DNA of 64,000 nucleotides, taken from the IMG/VR virus record IMGVR_UViG_3300020365_000010, positions 1 through 64,000 of that record; one strand, written 5' to 3'. The DNA comes from a virus. Its lineage: Duplodnaviria > Caudoviricetes. Below the pieces are notes generated by a model. It saw only the letters and a list, made by a program, of their open reading frames with translations, had not been told where the DNA came from and made no database searches. Each line of letters opens with the position of its first letter. Within the stretch, counting starts at the first letter, position 1. The translations under genes and the position numbers were made by a program. Shown piece by piece: positions 40,801-46,392 of this stretch.

Positions 40801-43800
40801 CTATCACTATTGACACTCAAGGATGGCCTCAAACTGGAGTTGCTAACTGGAGTAACTACTATGATGCATGGAGACTGATCAAGGGTAATCAGAAGTTGAT
40901 TGCTAAGGAAGCAGTGGCAATCATGAATGATCTGTCCAAGTATCAGACATTCGAGATCCCTGGTGGTGCTGTCAACTGTGAAGATGACATTGAGGACATG
41001 ATTGATGCCGTCCTGCACGATTTGCTCCATAATTGCAACAAAGAAATTTGGGAAGCAGCGGAGCTCTACATCGAGCCTGAGGACAATTCACTCAAGCATA
41101 TTGAAAGTGAGTGGGAAGCATCTGTAACCACTTACAAGATTGTTAGAGACCTTTGCACTCTGGCAATGCGTAATGCACTTGGTAGAGATTACATCGAAGG
41201 AAATGGTCCTGGATCGACTTCTGTCCAATCCTACGAGCAGAATCCATTCGAGATCATGTATCGCGATACCGCAGATGCTATCGACGCTAACATTCGTCTG
41301 ATTGCTGAAAACGCTGTCTACGACGGTATGCAGCAATATCCTTCATTGAATATCAACGGTGGTATTCGTGGCGGTCAGGAATTTGATGTTGTAACTGCAA
41401 CTTACGACCCTGCAAACGGCGTTTCGGTCATCAACCTTGGTGCTGGTCATGGACTGGTTACTGGAAACAGAATCACAATCCAACCCGAGTCTATCGGTTT
41501 CACCTGCACTCTGGATCAAAACAGTGCTACCAAATACTATCCCCGTAAGGGCGATGGCAACTATAACGCATCTATTGCAATTACTGCACATACCTCAGAT
41601 ACAATCACGGTAAACGTGGGTGCATCTGGTGTTGATGGTCAGTATGCTCACACCTTCGTCACCGCTAAGAAAGGTGCTGTGGTCTCCAATGGTTACATCG
41701 ATTGTGTCCATGACACAACTGATATCCTGAAGTCACTGGTCTTCAACTTGAAGTATGGTGGCGAAAACTGGATGCAGTATGCTGCTGAATTCTATGTCAA
41801 CACTGCAAATACTATTCAGCACCTGAGTGGTGTTACAACAGAGTCTATCTGGATTCTGGAGAGAGCACGCGACCTGGCGAAGCGTGCAATGAGAGATCAA
41901 CTGATCACTAACAATGCTGGATGGAGTGCAGGACAGCGTTACTACGACGCTACGCCTCAACCCACCAACCAATTGAGAAATGTTGATCCTGTCAGTGGCG
42001 TTGATATTACTACGTTTAACAACATCTCTACTAGAGATTGGGCATTCCGCACAGTTAGCATCAGCACCAACCCTGCAGTTGGTGTGACGCCTACTGAAGA
42101 TGCTGTATTTGAATTTGATGCCGTCCTGCCTAGCAGCGGTCTGACAGACTTTACTTTCCTGTCATTTGGTAATAACTCTTCCCAGGGTCTGTATCTTGGA
42201 TTCCGTGACAACCAAACTTATCTGAGACTGCGTGCTGGTAACTCCGACACTACTGTTGCAGGTGGTGCTTCACATAGCGATACTGGTCTGGCATTGGTTG
42301 ACGTGCCTGTTGCTGACCTGATTGCTGATGGTTACTTCGATGATAATCGTCACCAGATTACTATTGAGATCCGTGTTGGTGGTAACCAGATCCTTGGCGC
42401 TGGTCGTGTGAGAATCTGGATTGATGGTAATCAAATTGGAGAAGGTCAGACCCCTGGTAATACTTCTACGGGTCTTGGTGAAGCAGCAGGTATCTGGTGT
42501 GCAGATAACAACAATGGCACTTACGGTGGTGGTTATGCTGCTGCTTCTGTGCCCGCTGGTGAGAATAACACAACTGCACCTCTCTCACCCTATGCTCCTA
42601 GTGATCTGATCTACTACAGAAATCGTCAGGTTGATCCTGGTTTCACTGGCACTGAGACTTCAGAAATCGAAGCAAGAATCGATACTCTGATGCAGGTTGT
42701 TACTAATGCAATCTCCAATCCTGGTAACGTTGCAAACAATTCCTACAGTCTGCCTTATATCTGGCCTATCAAGTATACGCCCGAGAAGGCATATAGAGAT
42801 CTGACAGTCGGATATGACTTCGCTAATGGTGGTCAAGATCAAGATGGTTTCTGGAATCAGACATGCCCCAATGTCGCATCCGCTATTGATACACTGTTTG
42901 ACATTGTTATCAATACCATCACAGAAGCTGCTGTCAATAGCAACAACTACTTGACTGGTGTGCCTAAGACTCTGCCCCCAACTAACAATACAGAATATCA
43001 AGCAGGCACTTGCCATAACGAGCAATCTGCTATCGACACTCTGTTTGATATCATGATTGATACTCTTGGTGGTGGCACTAATAATGAGAAGCATGTTGCA
43101 AATATGCTGCTCTTCAACCACCAGGCAATTGCACAAAGAGTAATTGATCAAACTACTGCAAACTATGCATCCACAAACGTAGATATCTCCTTCGCGGATG
43201 CTGTCTTGCGTGCGGTTAGATATGACATGGTTACTGGCGGTAATGCTGGATCATTCCGTCTCGCTCAGACATGGTTTGATGGTGAAGGTAACTTCATCGC
43301 CTTCCAAGATACAACTAGATCTCACCTGATCTATGCTCTGACACGTTGTCGTGAGTATATCAAGAGTGCTCTGTATCTCCTGGATGAAGATCCAGGTTGG
43401 GCAGGATATCCCACCTTCGCAGGTGATGATGGACAACGCTTTGAGTGGTTCCAGGAAGCAGCAGAGTTTATTATTGACTCCTCCCTCAACCCTCTGGAAT
43501 ATGCTCTCGAATTGAGCAAATTCCCAACTGAAGCAAGCGTGACCTTCGTGGCATCTACGGATGCACAAAACATGAAGACCTCGCACGAAATGGGTATTGA
43601 TTACAATACTGATCCTGCTCTGGTCTTGCTGACACCTGTTGTGGAAGTGGGTTATGAGCGTGCTGAGTATCGCATCAGAATCAACCGTCCAAACCAATTC
43701 CGTCGTGGTGATGTCCTGCAGTATATCCCTGCATCCCAGACCTCCCTGGAAGGACTTTCTGGTCAACCCTTCTTCTATTGCATCACTGCTACTGCAACAT

Positions 43801-46376
43801 GGTTTGAGATTGGTGCTCACTACATCCATGACGGTCGCTTTAAGAAACTTGAGGTTGATCTCACCAATTCTGGTCAACAGATCTTCGCAGTCACAAGACG
43901 TAGCGGCATCAATCGTGCAACTACTGTCTTCCCCGAAGATCCTTCAGAGACCCCAATCCAGGGTGGATTTAATCCCGCTGACGTGCTCGTGGGATCCACC
44001 TCAGAAGCAACTTCTGAAGTTGGTAGAGTCCAGTTTAATGAAGCAAACATCTTCAAGGTGTTTGAATACTATCCCCTCACCAACGTCTCTTCTGTCCTGG
44101 GTGTATATGACCAATTCATCAATGGAGAGCAAGTTGTTGTCCAAGGTGCTACCGCCAACAGCGGATATGTGCTCCAGACAACTCCCGCAAATAACGATGG
44201 TGAGTCATTTGTAAAACTTCTCAATCGCGCAGGTGTTATTAACCCTGGTGATGTAATTGAAGGTGTTGATAGTGGTGCTACTGCAACTATCGGCACTGTT
44301 GAAGATAGATTCCTGCTCGACGTGACCTTGGGTGACTTCGCTACGGGTGAATGGTTCTTCTCCAAGAATTCCTCTTACGAGGGTTACATGGATACCTACA
44401 TCAACAAGGCAGGATCTCTCACGGGTAACACTGGTGGTCGTATCACGATCGATGTTGAAACCATCTCTAATGCTTGGAATGCTGGTGATGTTATCTACGG
44501 TAACGTCACAGACTACATCTTGGAAGTCAAGGGTCTCTCTGGCACCCAGATTCAACTTAACCAGTATGTCCACGGCGTTGCAACTTATCAGATTGACCTG
44601 GGAGTTGCAATCACGGACACAGGTGTCTCAGATACCTTCCGCGTGGGTGATGAGGTATCCTTGTTACAAGGTACCACAGAGAAGAATCCTGGTTTCCGTG
44701 CAACTGTAACTCAATACATCGATGGCACCAACGTTGATCCTAGCGATCCTACCTATGGCATCCATCGCCTGTTTATCACCAACTTGCAACCCGTGGGTAT
44801 TGGTGCTGACATCACTGAGTTGACTAATCCCGCCAACAACATTGGTAAGATTGATATCGGATCCAACTTCCCAACAATCTACGCTAACGTCGTTAACGTA
44901 ACTACAACCACATATTCTGCCTACGGACGTGTTGCTTCAATCGTGCAGCAAGGTATCACGGCAACTATCTGGTTGGAGAATGTAGTTGGCGAATTCATCG
45001 ACAACATGTCTCTCCAGTCCGACTACGGATGGGGCGGTGGTGTTTCCAAGGCACGCACACTGGAAGGTCGCGTTGAGCGTTACTTCCGTGGATTCGACGG
45101 CACTCAAACTCAGTTTGATCTCACAATCTCCAATGGTGAAGCATACTTCCCCGATCCCGCAGGTCACCTGCTTGTCTGGGTCAACGGTGTGCTGCAACCT
45201 CCTGGTGGTAACAACTCCTACGTTGCATTCTCCGATAAGATCAACTTCTCCGAGCCACCTGATATCGGATCTGAGTTTATTGGTTACTACGTTGGTAAAC
45301 TCCGTCAACTGGATGATATCAGCTTTGAGTTTGACTCCTTGAGATCTTCCTTCAACCTGAAGCGTGACGGTCTCTTCTACTCACTGACGCTGACTGAGGG
45401 TGTTTCCTCTAACGTGATTCGCCCAGAAAACAATATCATTGTTTCGCTCAACGGTATTATCCAAGAGCCTGGTGTTGCATATGAGATCGTTGGTTCTAGA
45501 ATCATCTTCGCTGAAGTGCCTCGCGCAGGCGCGACATTCGTTGGATTCTCCTACATTGGTAGTGACGCTGACGTGATTGCAGCAACTGTGGTGCCTCCCA
45601 TCGAGACTGGTGACAGACTCTTCATTGAGGGTGAGGAATTCGGTCGTGAGGTCGCTCTGATTGAATCTTCCAACTCACTGATCACGTTTGAATACACAGG
45701 ATCTGTTAAGGGTCGTAACGCACAAGCACTTGCAAACATCACTTCTGGTGAAGTTACAAATGCTCTGCTCACCTCCCCTGGTGACGGTTATACCAGCATC
45801 CCCAACGTGGACGTTATCTCTTCCACTGGTTTCGACGCACGCATCAGAGCACTGATGGGTGTTGCAAGAATCGATGTGAAGGACTCTGGTGTTAACTACT
45901 CTTCTGCGGCAGTTGCAGTTGATAACGAGGTCCCTGATGACTTCACCTCACCCGAAGGCACACCCGTCAATGGCGGTTTTGATGTCCTCGCGGGCGAAGG
46001 TAGCGAATACACTGGCGGCACAACTGTCACGCCTGGTGCAATCGCAATCGCTCAGGATCCTGTCAATGTCACGGTTAACCAGGGCACTACTGCATCCTTC
46101 ACGGTTGTGGCAACGGTCTCTAATGATCAGACCCTCAACTACCAGTGGCAGAAGAAGGAGTATGGCACTCAGACTTGGCTCAACATCATTGGTGCTAACC
46201 AAGCAACATACAACACTGCGAATACTGTCCAATCTGATGATGGTGATGAATACCGCGTTGCTATCACGGCAGCGGGTGCAACACCTGTCTACTCATTGTC
46301 CGCAATCCTGAGCGTCCAGACTGGTGCTACTGTGATCAGTAACTTCAGTCCCGTCCAGATCTTCGACGACAACTAA
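25839..46376 (+). CDS. gp7: Giant baseplate wedge initiator gp7-like protein (6845 aa), multidomain
   Basis: Position between gp6 and gp8; N-terminal QLPEFI..FVNFLFEYYKSQE and IKDFYISKGT..YLFKILFGE motifs; HAAGFALFG; GGxGY repeats, YHYH-like, propeller, LamG, CBM-like, helical repeats and a C-terminal Ig domain. Confidence 0.85.
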   Translation: MQNKNINVSDRVEGQLPEFIREEDQQFVNFLFEYYKSQEKTGRPYDILNNLLNYLDLDEYNTEQLSSSTQLLSNVGLSEDKLEVESIDGFLDQNGSIMIDNEVMYYESVTRGPDAIITPGVSIAQFDKKKQQLENPFTLFDGVRTSFPLSFLGTPTSPPSAEHLLVITYNYFNIPGVDYYLEGDEIRFTNPPRERTGVDNSDFTQIIYLVGYANQPILTLDAVPYTEWEGGHEYPMRLNTQAYRPTSEIGLIIHKNGRLLKPYEDYSIFEDTLIFDSVLGAADVIHIRSVEYIAPAYGSGADAIVQVAESGAISRLIPKSGGSGYRLDFNPKVAVISKTGEGATAKSLIGGIKDIRLIDGGQGYSSYNPPIPIIAEPVNSSGSNAVLSLTVDDVTGQVDSITIENSGSGYDFIPAITFRNPSGAEIGQPQIDSEGRLVANSIAVTEMGFGYSNPPIVYIDPAPEDGINAAAVSRINQDGQVYEILITNRGRGYLTPPRVRIIQPVGAQVLDVTVASGSVTNIEMLTGGKGYTDAPSVYIVDDRKDAYGEPIGGTGAEAIATIFNGEITDINVVNFGEGYSSEFPPKIYIAEPKSARASVDVGYDEVTGFDIIERGAGYSPSAFLGVSRGVSGPVGYDQLHNEIYAGESALRQSTHPEGSVVTNLDSLFLREVFDKFRRQFLPTIDVDFAKVNPVQVIKTIKDFYISKGTELATQYLFKILFGEEISIFYPKDEIISPSHATWVVDTVLRAELLEGDPSNLIDSQLNQYADPVDQNIKAASALIENVITIIEGTDTIYELAISEETLSGEFKIPYKTTLVEPLTTDGQIITVDSTIGWPERNGTIRINDQEEVQYKEKSLNQFIECTRSKNGVVEDWDPGTVVQSDIFVYVNRGTDQECKMRVLGIAEAGTTVLDDTGSYYIQGDKLKVANLGSTALDERLSSWLYNVKKLIQVDRIESGGVNNQTATVYCNNPHGLLVSDQVTIYGANPVVYNGTFTVTSRIDPLTFSYQLNTPTDIIPQGNILLSVDLNRGKSDQASIDKVVSEFTTNIQNSFFNDEYVYVAASGLPNYKIGPFTGSALIPGNQRKLLRFPRDVQTISERQNVAANSPIGAWINGVSIWSYKSSEYVQFGPLTGIAVTNKGENYDAGNKPALEITGGGGSGAAGEVVVNGSLTSFTVTNQGSGYTESPLVSIVGGGGSGATAQAVITGGRVTRILVEQQGSGYDSQPSVAITGGGGQGATAVANVRGPISGVNITNFGTGYTSDPEVRVNSGEGALAQPIVINGRIVSIAIINSGSGYTTPPNVIINGDGFGAIGQATIGTTGEDKGRVLSVTITNRGVGYTQGNTTVRLEAIGERATFTPEVFKWNRNLQYDLVNKYDFARGYVFTGYNNQFGGEYAHLSDPKELRYVVGDNVFLDPVTQQFKELETNFRHSPIIGWAFDGNPIYGPYGYIDPTDQNSGIRRLRTSYKLKDNVVYDESTNPNPARVDGPAIATYPAGSFVADYTYDFQSGDLDNYNGRFCKTPEYPDGTYAYFITIDASESGVAEFPYIIGPQFNSLPDNWNFDQAATQENIPADVVRYRDPYVDVDIDIDRQPNQEADVLTTEVEGYPIIFEIQDSNNDGLIDALEQQEILEMSEEATLQIYDYFPQVSEESRVDIEVETTTQFENAQIDGFVIENPGESYQVNDTVFFDNEGTGGFGASAIIDSVKGQNILGYTKEMIGDRPYGVITTDIEHELRPQDVIIVNSRPITDNTNKSFKVKVVAGIERIRVLQEGIGYNADIPPTFELITTQGQDGVLRLNLQNTGQVQTADIINSGNGYDPENPPQIRVSHPQQFKKTRYWITDYLEAAGRITINDMVQSSTRYTYVCGSITEPDADQAAFLAKFDDLGQLIWDRTLIPQNANQKRAEFMRMTLDESQENDLIYVTGQTYQPDADTFNPDIWMGLYESGFDNAAAPAGILKWQRAIGGISGSTRRDYVTSIRLDQEKQIYLAGYTDSNSPDPYDMWVIQCNPEGDLVEKRKIASEDGSEKISQIEWISNDRFLFIGENEENNDCIFGVFFYDGANIEIDYIRQIPVVGGYVRDPEMAFDEYGDAVIVWNVYNNAAAKYDKIQVSKFPYASANTGWEWTKTLTVSGDFRSIKHAGVSVDVFGNYTVVADVDASENERYALIEYMKYDGTIITETKVADPGNIGFQAKRHVVDNSGDCIIGADRRQSDQLAAFRFNDPNNSLDFTKQDTATIVYSDPGNTSNDTSIYRFGSGSLKLQAPAPVAYTGFNQETQEWSFRAWFAMNSTAHGTNHEPVLFDINPTAGNPIRVSIDGDTTSPNYERVILYVNNVQAATSTTVANWTAFAGTSWVHVTFQKREESLGLYRYEVFLNGVQQISYQSTDDIYFDDLSLAGPQTAPGASNCFIGNIDDLVIDDFAPYEGGSYTVPTSEIAITTSFSDVTLVKFDRLHTNEGNTYTLTNVRNHGSIAFTDAETLTVWYTLNMPALSAWEVGPGGLQILDMSQTFSTLNPGTYTFSSQRDSYASKTSTIPSPLGKKFLIEADVVNKFYMRDALYQKIDNVLDFTFNQDVKLTKGSILQQFNEAGVTQAYGTIVNVPAGTLENPGVGTTYEVGKIFGTFNNTDRFRTTAGDVNEIAGEYFDSEEPESPWQAATAYVAQDRVYYQKRIYEAQGSGTSGTIPPTHGAGVVSDGVINWAFIDDAGKFDVDLTQHPYPRPQYIGNDMPEWLPHRLYAVGQKVWYRLNVYEVAPSGGGVTTTTPPTHTTGDVSDGTVTWRFVETREAISQYARFMEYDLGNHYQVRIEEIHPGSQYIVGDVVSLRENNIELAEDEKSVKIVGFASVKKIRVTAQLEKDIIRTASARTEFVYCTSNSPHFYNVGDIIYTEGFQGTQFNGSFFIDQVLGTREFTFAIRDLASANPTFNQNAIASVNIYAKHPTLVFTRDHQYIFDLSDTSNFGYYLSFSQDNQYKLEYSFNNIVREGTPGINATGSNAPFVKFSVLGDVTNISYYFDPSRTGDDSPVGSNSFIDVIKTPYDGRFTVSEVVTDFQFKFPLLKEPEKNSAEVITDEFDKPYSFYSTTSTRAIGPINTIKLVSPGGFYQKLPIINDIASFRQIEKIIINDGGTEYAPGIYYDVAIDGDGEGAKATVTVELDDEVGSGTISNISVADPGKGYTTATIDIDAIPGILGATLAGSGASASVIIPAEGTGASVFLTGRNIGKIKRLKNNEFGFGYSHDYTLRPEITFPVNLQLFNTSILSEIKITDPGSGYTSTPAVVIEGGGGTGAEAVAVVKNNRLSEIQIKNPGAGYSSEPTVTLKSEFNYVVNLDLNYLQFNFPHGITTGAAIQFRSDDVGSTVGELPKPSSAGLTTLVEGQIYYAIAGNESGLENDQIRFGLTPQSAAAGDYITFLTQGSGRQVLLTEVFGGKAEAIVETSRFLEGETVFQGPNVEQATATGTVSTNTGWQIGPKILKIVDYDGDWLAGEKVTGTISKASGLIDNLSIARGVLNIGSLTKTPGRFIDDVGKPSEIVQKIQDSFFYQNFSYVIKSETPISNWKTQVLENNHAAGFALFGQLQLTGGKDVSGRKIGTEFTKQVNINNYSNVNQITSFGAAQPIYTDFNNTEVLFRKKRLTSSEEILTSIVKKLDNVSDRFNGIDKQFPITVEGEQVIVNQNQLMITINGVIQAPGDSYQVVGGNLVFSEAPRPASKVNYRIIEVTPTPIYRINLYSGQAGIPNYGIFPTLGQQIQGENSDAFATVIDSGTNHLDVINITGGPFELNEEIVRGTLFSALVQSVDLLNTDTIFQFGESITNLEGDTAIIEETNLVDGVISDRLVVSKTSGTAKYETGIFDLKLNEFIYSAKSKIAGQITFISPYVDPVTSDIVTELEINPGSTFYGLLFERLVSITNPNVILDDISKSSITPTELYNDEERINADFLDFEEVRSTEVTYTDLTGGTIAEGDVIKNRRVFYGNPTSAYHGTAGNRFYDAATRIRENKQQLIDWGDAEIVVEHPDFYYPGDIQTNEWSRFADAHRFIQKNRQYIAAKAYDDMKAQFPSFTDPNPAKCKRDMEIFMESLGADIYRGGNVYIRKFTQQYFDSTGALVYVDGETLETRFAYEKVKDYVLLAITNNLSGQYTALHGPDAGTVYDAYQDLTITADQSPNDDYGTAGSNTDNTDPDGCSDVQDALTTLWEIVDEALTNGTLSELPDEQVGTYSPGQVKCRRDAGLFVDALANDVAQGGNFNIVEFTKSYFDGAGVPLTNGLVGETAESITVFNKIRDLAYRAINNLLYDKDLEILYDPLTYGGTAPGQLYDANYANGNNQDINNCADVRAYIATLTDIATVAIAAGNLNNVNALASVSDGTYVDGETIRTAKIAYDDKSSGLFVLGQQIRGVTSGAVFEAVGVNSGLKWIFAGPITGTLQEGELLTNSTLANQGNVVQTKVNKYFRLDGQKALSFPQAGYLVAADSYDYAFGTADDFTIEGWWAAAGVTGTQTLVDLRRNDVNVGLRLVMDGSTLRVYNGTTQLISGGTITATLWQHIALVRNNNVLQLYVDGTQVGSNYVDTNDYLYTKVTIGADFNAATGYTGFLDNFFINNKQGLYTQSFIPATQVDYTNDNIVLGLNGEGDFICSTTETFATFTGSRTSSATAKVIDYETKSLIIKDVDLGRAEQRRCADIIELNDAWIAEEAVGMMKAQFPDFIMPGDDPANNSYGGTNYCLRDTKDYIIGALIKDLREGGNYHTLYTARTYLEASGKLKHVGNEILQTLYTWDVVGDIINTVITTTSLDLTGAYSEKLRIPNNFSSPASQSVQDEIRALIDDLLQVLAPTRNGFKDSGVLIWKNRDYIAEEVVGYLNDKYTKDIDGTETNFLIMPGAGSSGCIDDIKNYILPGIIGDLVTGGTYNTKAVIDNYLDSQDNILHVEHELNPMLDAFAYAKFLCLKAANNMLVSPNTTVAELGVPAWVQNGDYYEPLYTTRSAYRDDTITIDTQGWPQTGVANWSNYYDAWRLIKGNQKLIAKEAVAIMNDLSKYQTFEIPGGAVNCEDDIEDMIDAVLHDLLHNCNKEIWEAAELYIEPEDNSLKHIESEWEASVTTYKIVRDLCTLAMRNALGRDYIEGNGPGSTSVQSYEQNPFEIMYRDTADAIDANIRLIAENAVYDGMQQYPSLNINGGIRGGQEFDVVTATYDPANGVSVINLGAGHGLVTGNRITIQPESIGFTCTLDQNSATKYYPRKGDGNYNASIAITAHTSDTITVNVGASGVDGQYAHTFVTAKKGAVVSNGYIDCVHDTTDILKSLVFNLKYGGENWMQYAAEFYVNTANTIQHLSGVTTESIWILERARDLAKRAMRDQLITNNAGWSAGQRYYDATPQPTNQLRNVDPVSGVDITTFNNISTRDWAFRTVSISTNPAVGVTPTEDAVFEFDAVLPSSGLTDFTFLSFGNNSSQGLYLGFRDNQTYLRLRAGNSDTTVAGGASHSDTGLALVDVPVADLIADGYFDDNRHQITIEIRVGGNQILGAGRVRIWIDGNQIGEGQTPGNTSTGLGEAAGIWCADNNNGTYGGGYAAASVPAGENNTTAPLSPYAPSDLIYYRNRQVDPGFTGTETSEIEARIDTLMQVVTNAISNPGNVANNSYSLPYIWPIKYTPEKAYRDLTVGYDFANGGQDQDGFWNQTCPNVASAIDTLFDIVINTITEAAVNSNNYLTGVPKTLPPTNNTEYQAGTCHNEQSAIDTLFDIMIDTLGGGTNNEKHVANMLLFNHQAIAQRVIDQTTANYASTNVDISFADAVLRAVRYDMVTGGNAGSFRLAQTWFDGEGNFIAFQDTTRSHLIYALTRCREYIKSALYLLDEDPGWAGYPTFAGDDGQRFEWFQEAAEFIIDSSLNPLEYALELSKFPTEASVTFVASTDAQNMKTSHEMGIDYNTDPALVLLTPVVEVGYERAEYRIRINRPNQFRRGDVLQYIPASQTSLEGLSGQPFFYCITATATWFEIGAHYIHDGRFKKLEVDLTNSGQQIFAVTRRSGINRATTVFPEDPSETPIQGGFNPADVLVGSTSEATSEVGRVQFNEANIFKVFEYYPLTNVSSVLGVYDQFINGEQVVVQGATANSGYVLQTTPANNDGESFVKLLNRAGVINPGDVIEGVDSGATATIGTVEDRFLLDVTLGDFATGEWFFSKNSSYEGYMDTYINKAGSLTGNTGGRITIDVETISNAWNAGDVIYGNVTDYILEVKGLSGTQIQLNQYVHGVATYQIDLGVAITDTGVSDTFRVGDEVSLLQGTTEKNPGFRATVTQYIDGTNVDPSDPTYGIHRLFITNLQPVGIGADITELTNPANNIGKIDIGSNFPTIYANVVNVTTTTYSAYGRVASIVQQGITATIWLENVVGEFIDNMSLQSDYGWGGGVSKARTLEGRVERYFRGFDGTQTQFDLTISNGEAYFPDPAGHLLVWVNGVLQPPGGNNSYVAFSDKINFSEPPDIGSEFIGYYVGKLRQLDDISFEFDSLRSSFNLKRDGLFYSLTLTEGVSSNVIRPENNIIVSLNGIIQEPGVAYEIVGSRIIFAEVPRAGATFVGFSYIGSDADVIAATVVPPIETGDRLFIEGEEFGREVALIESSNSLITFEYTGSVKGRNAQALANITSGEVTNALLTSPGDGYTSIPNVDVISSTGFDARIRALMGVARIDVKDSGVNYSSAAVAVDNEVPDDFTSPEGTPVNGGFDVLAGEGSEYTGGTTVTPGAIAIAQDPVNVTVNQGTTASFTVVATVSNDQTLNYQWQKKEYGTQTWLNIIGANQATYNTANTVQSDDGDEYRVAITAAGATPVYSLSAILSVQTGATVISNFSPVQIFDDN
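37803..43510 (+). repeat. Array of about 7 alpha-helical phycobiliprotein-like protein repeats within gp7
   Basis: Recurring helices R-F-x-D-A..I..N..x-I-A..A, C-x-(R/D/H)-D..D..GG(N), G-E..ES....R-D-L-A..A and C-x-x-V..A-I-x-T-L-F-D-I. Confidence 0.75.
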
Positions 46377-46379
46377 ATA
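46373..46379 (+). promoter_or_regulatory. Late-promoter-like CTAAATA
   Basis: Overlaps the gp7 stop, 13 nt before the next ATG. Confidence 0.55.
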
Positions 46380-46392
46380 AAAGTAAAAAGCG

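Noticed and set aside
25839-46376. Intein, intron or frameshift explaining the giant gp7
   Set aside because: The frame is open throughout and I saw no intein splicing motifs or LAGLIDADG blocks. Giant gp7 size in itself is known in cyanomyoviruses.
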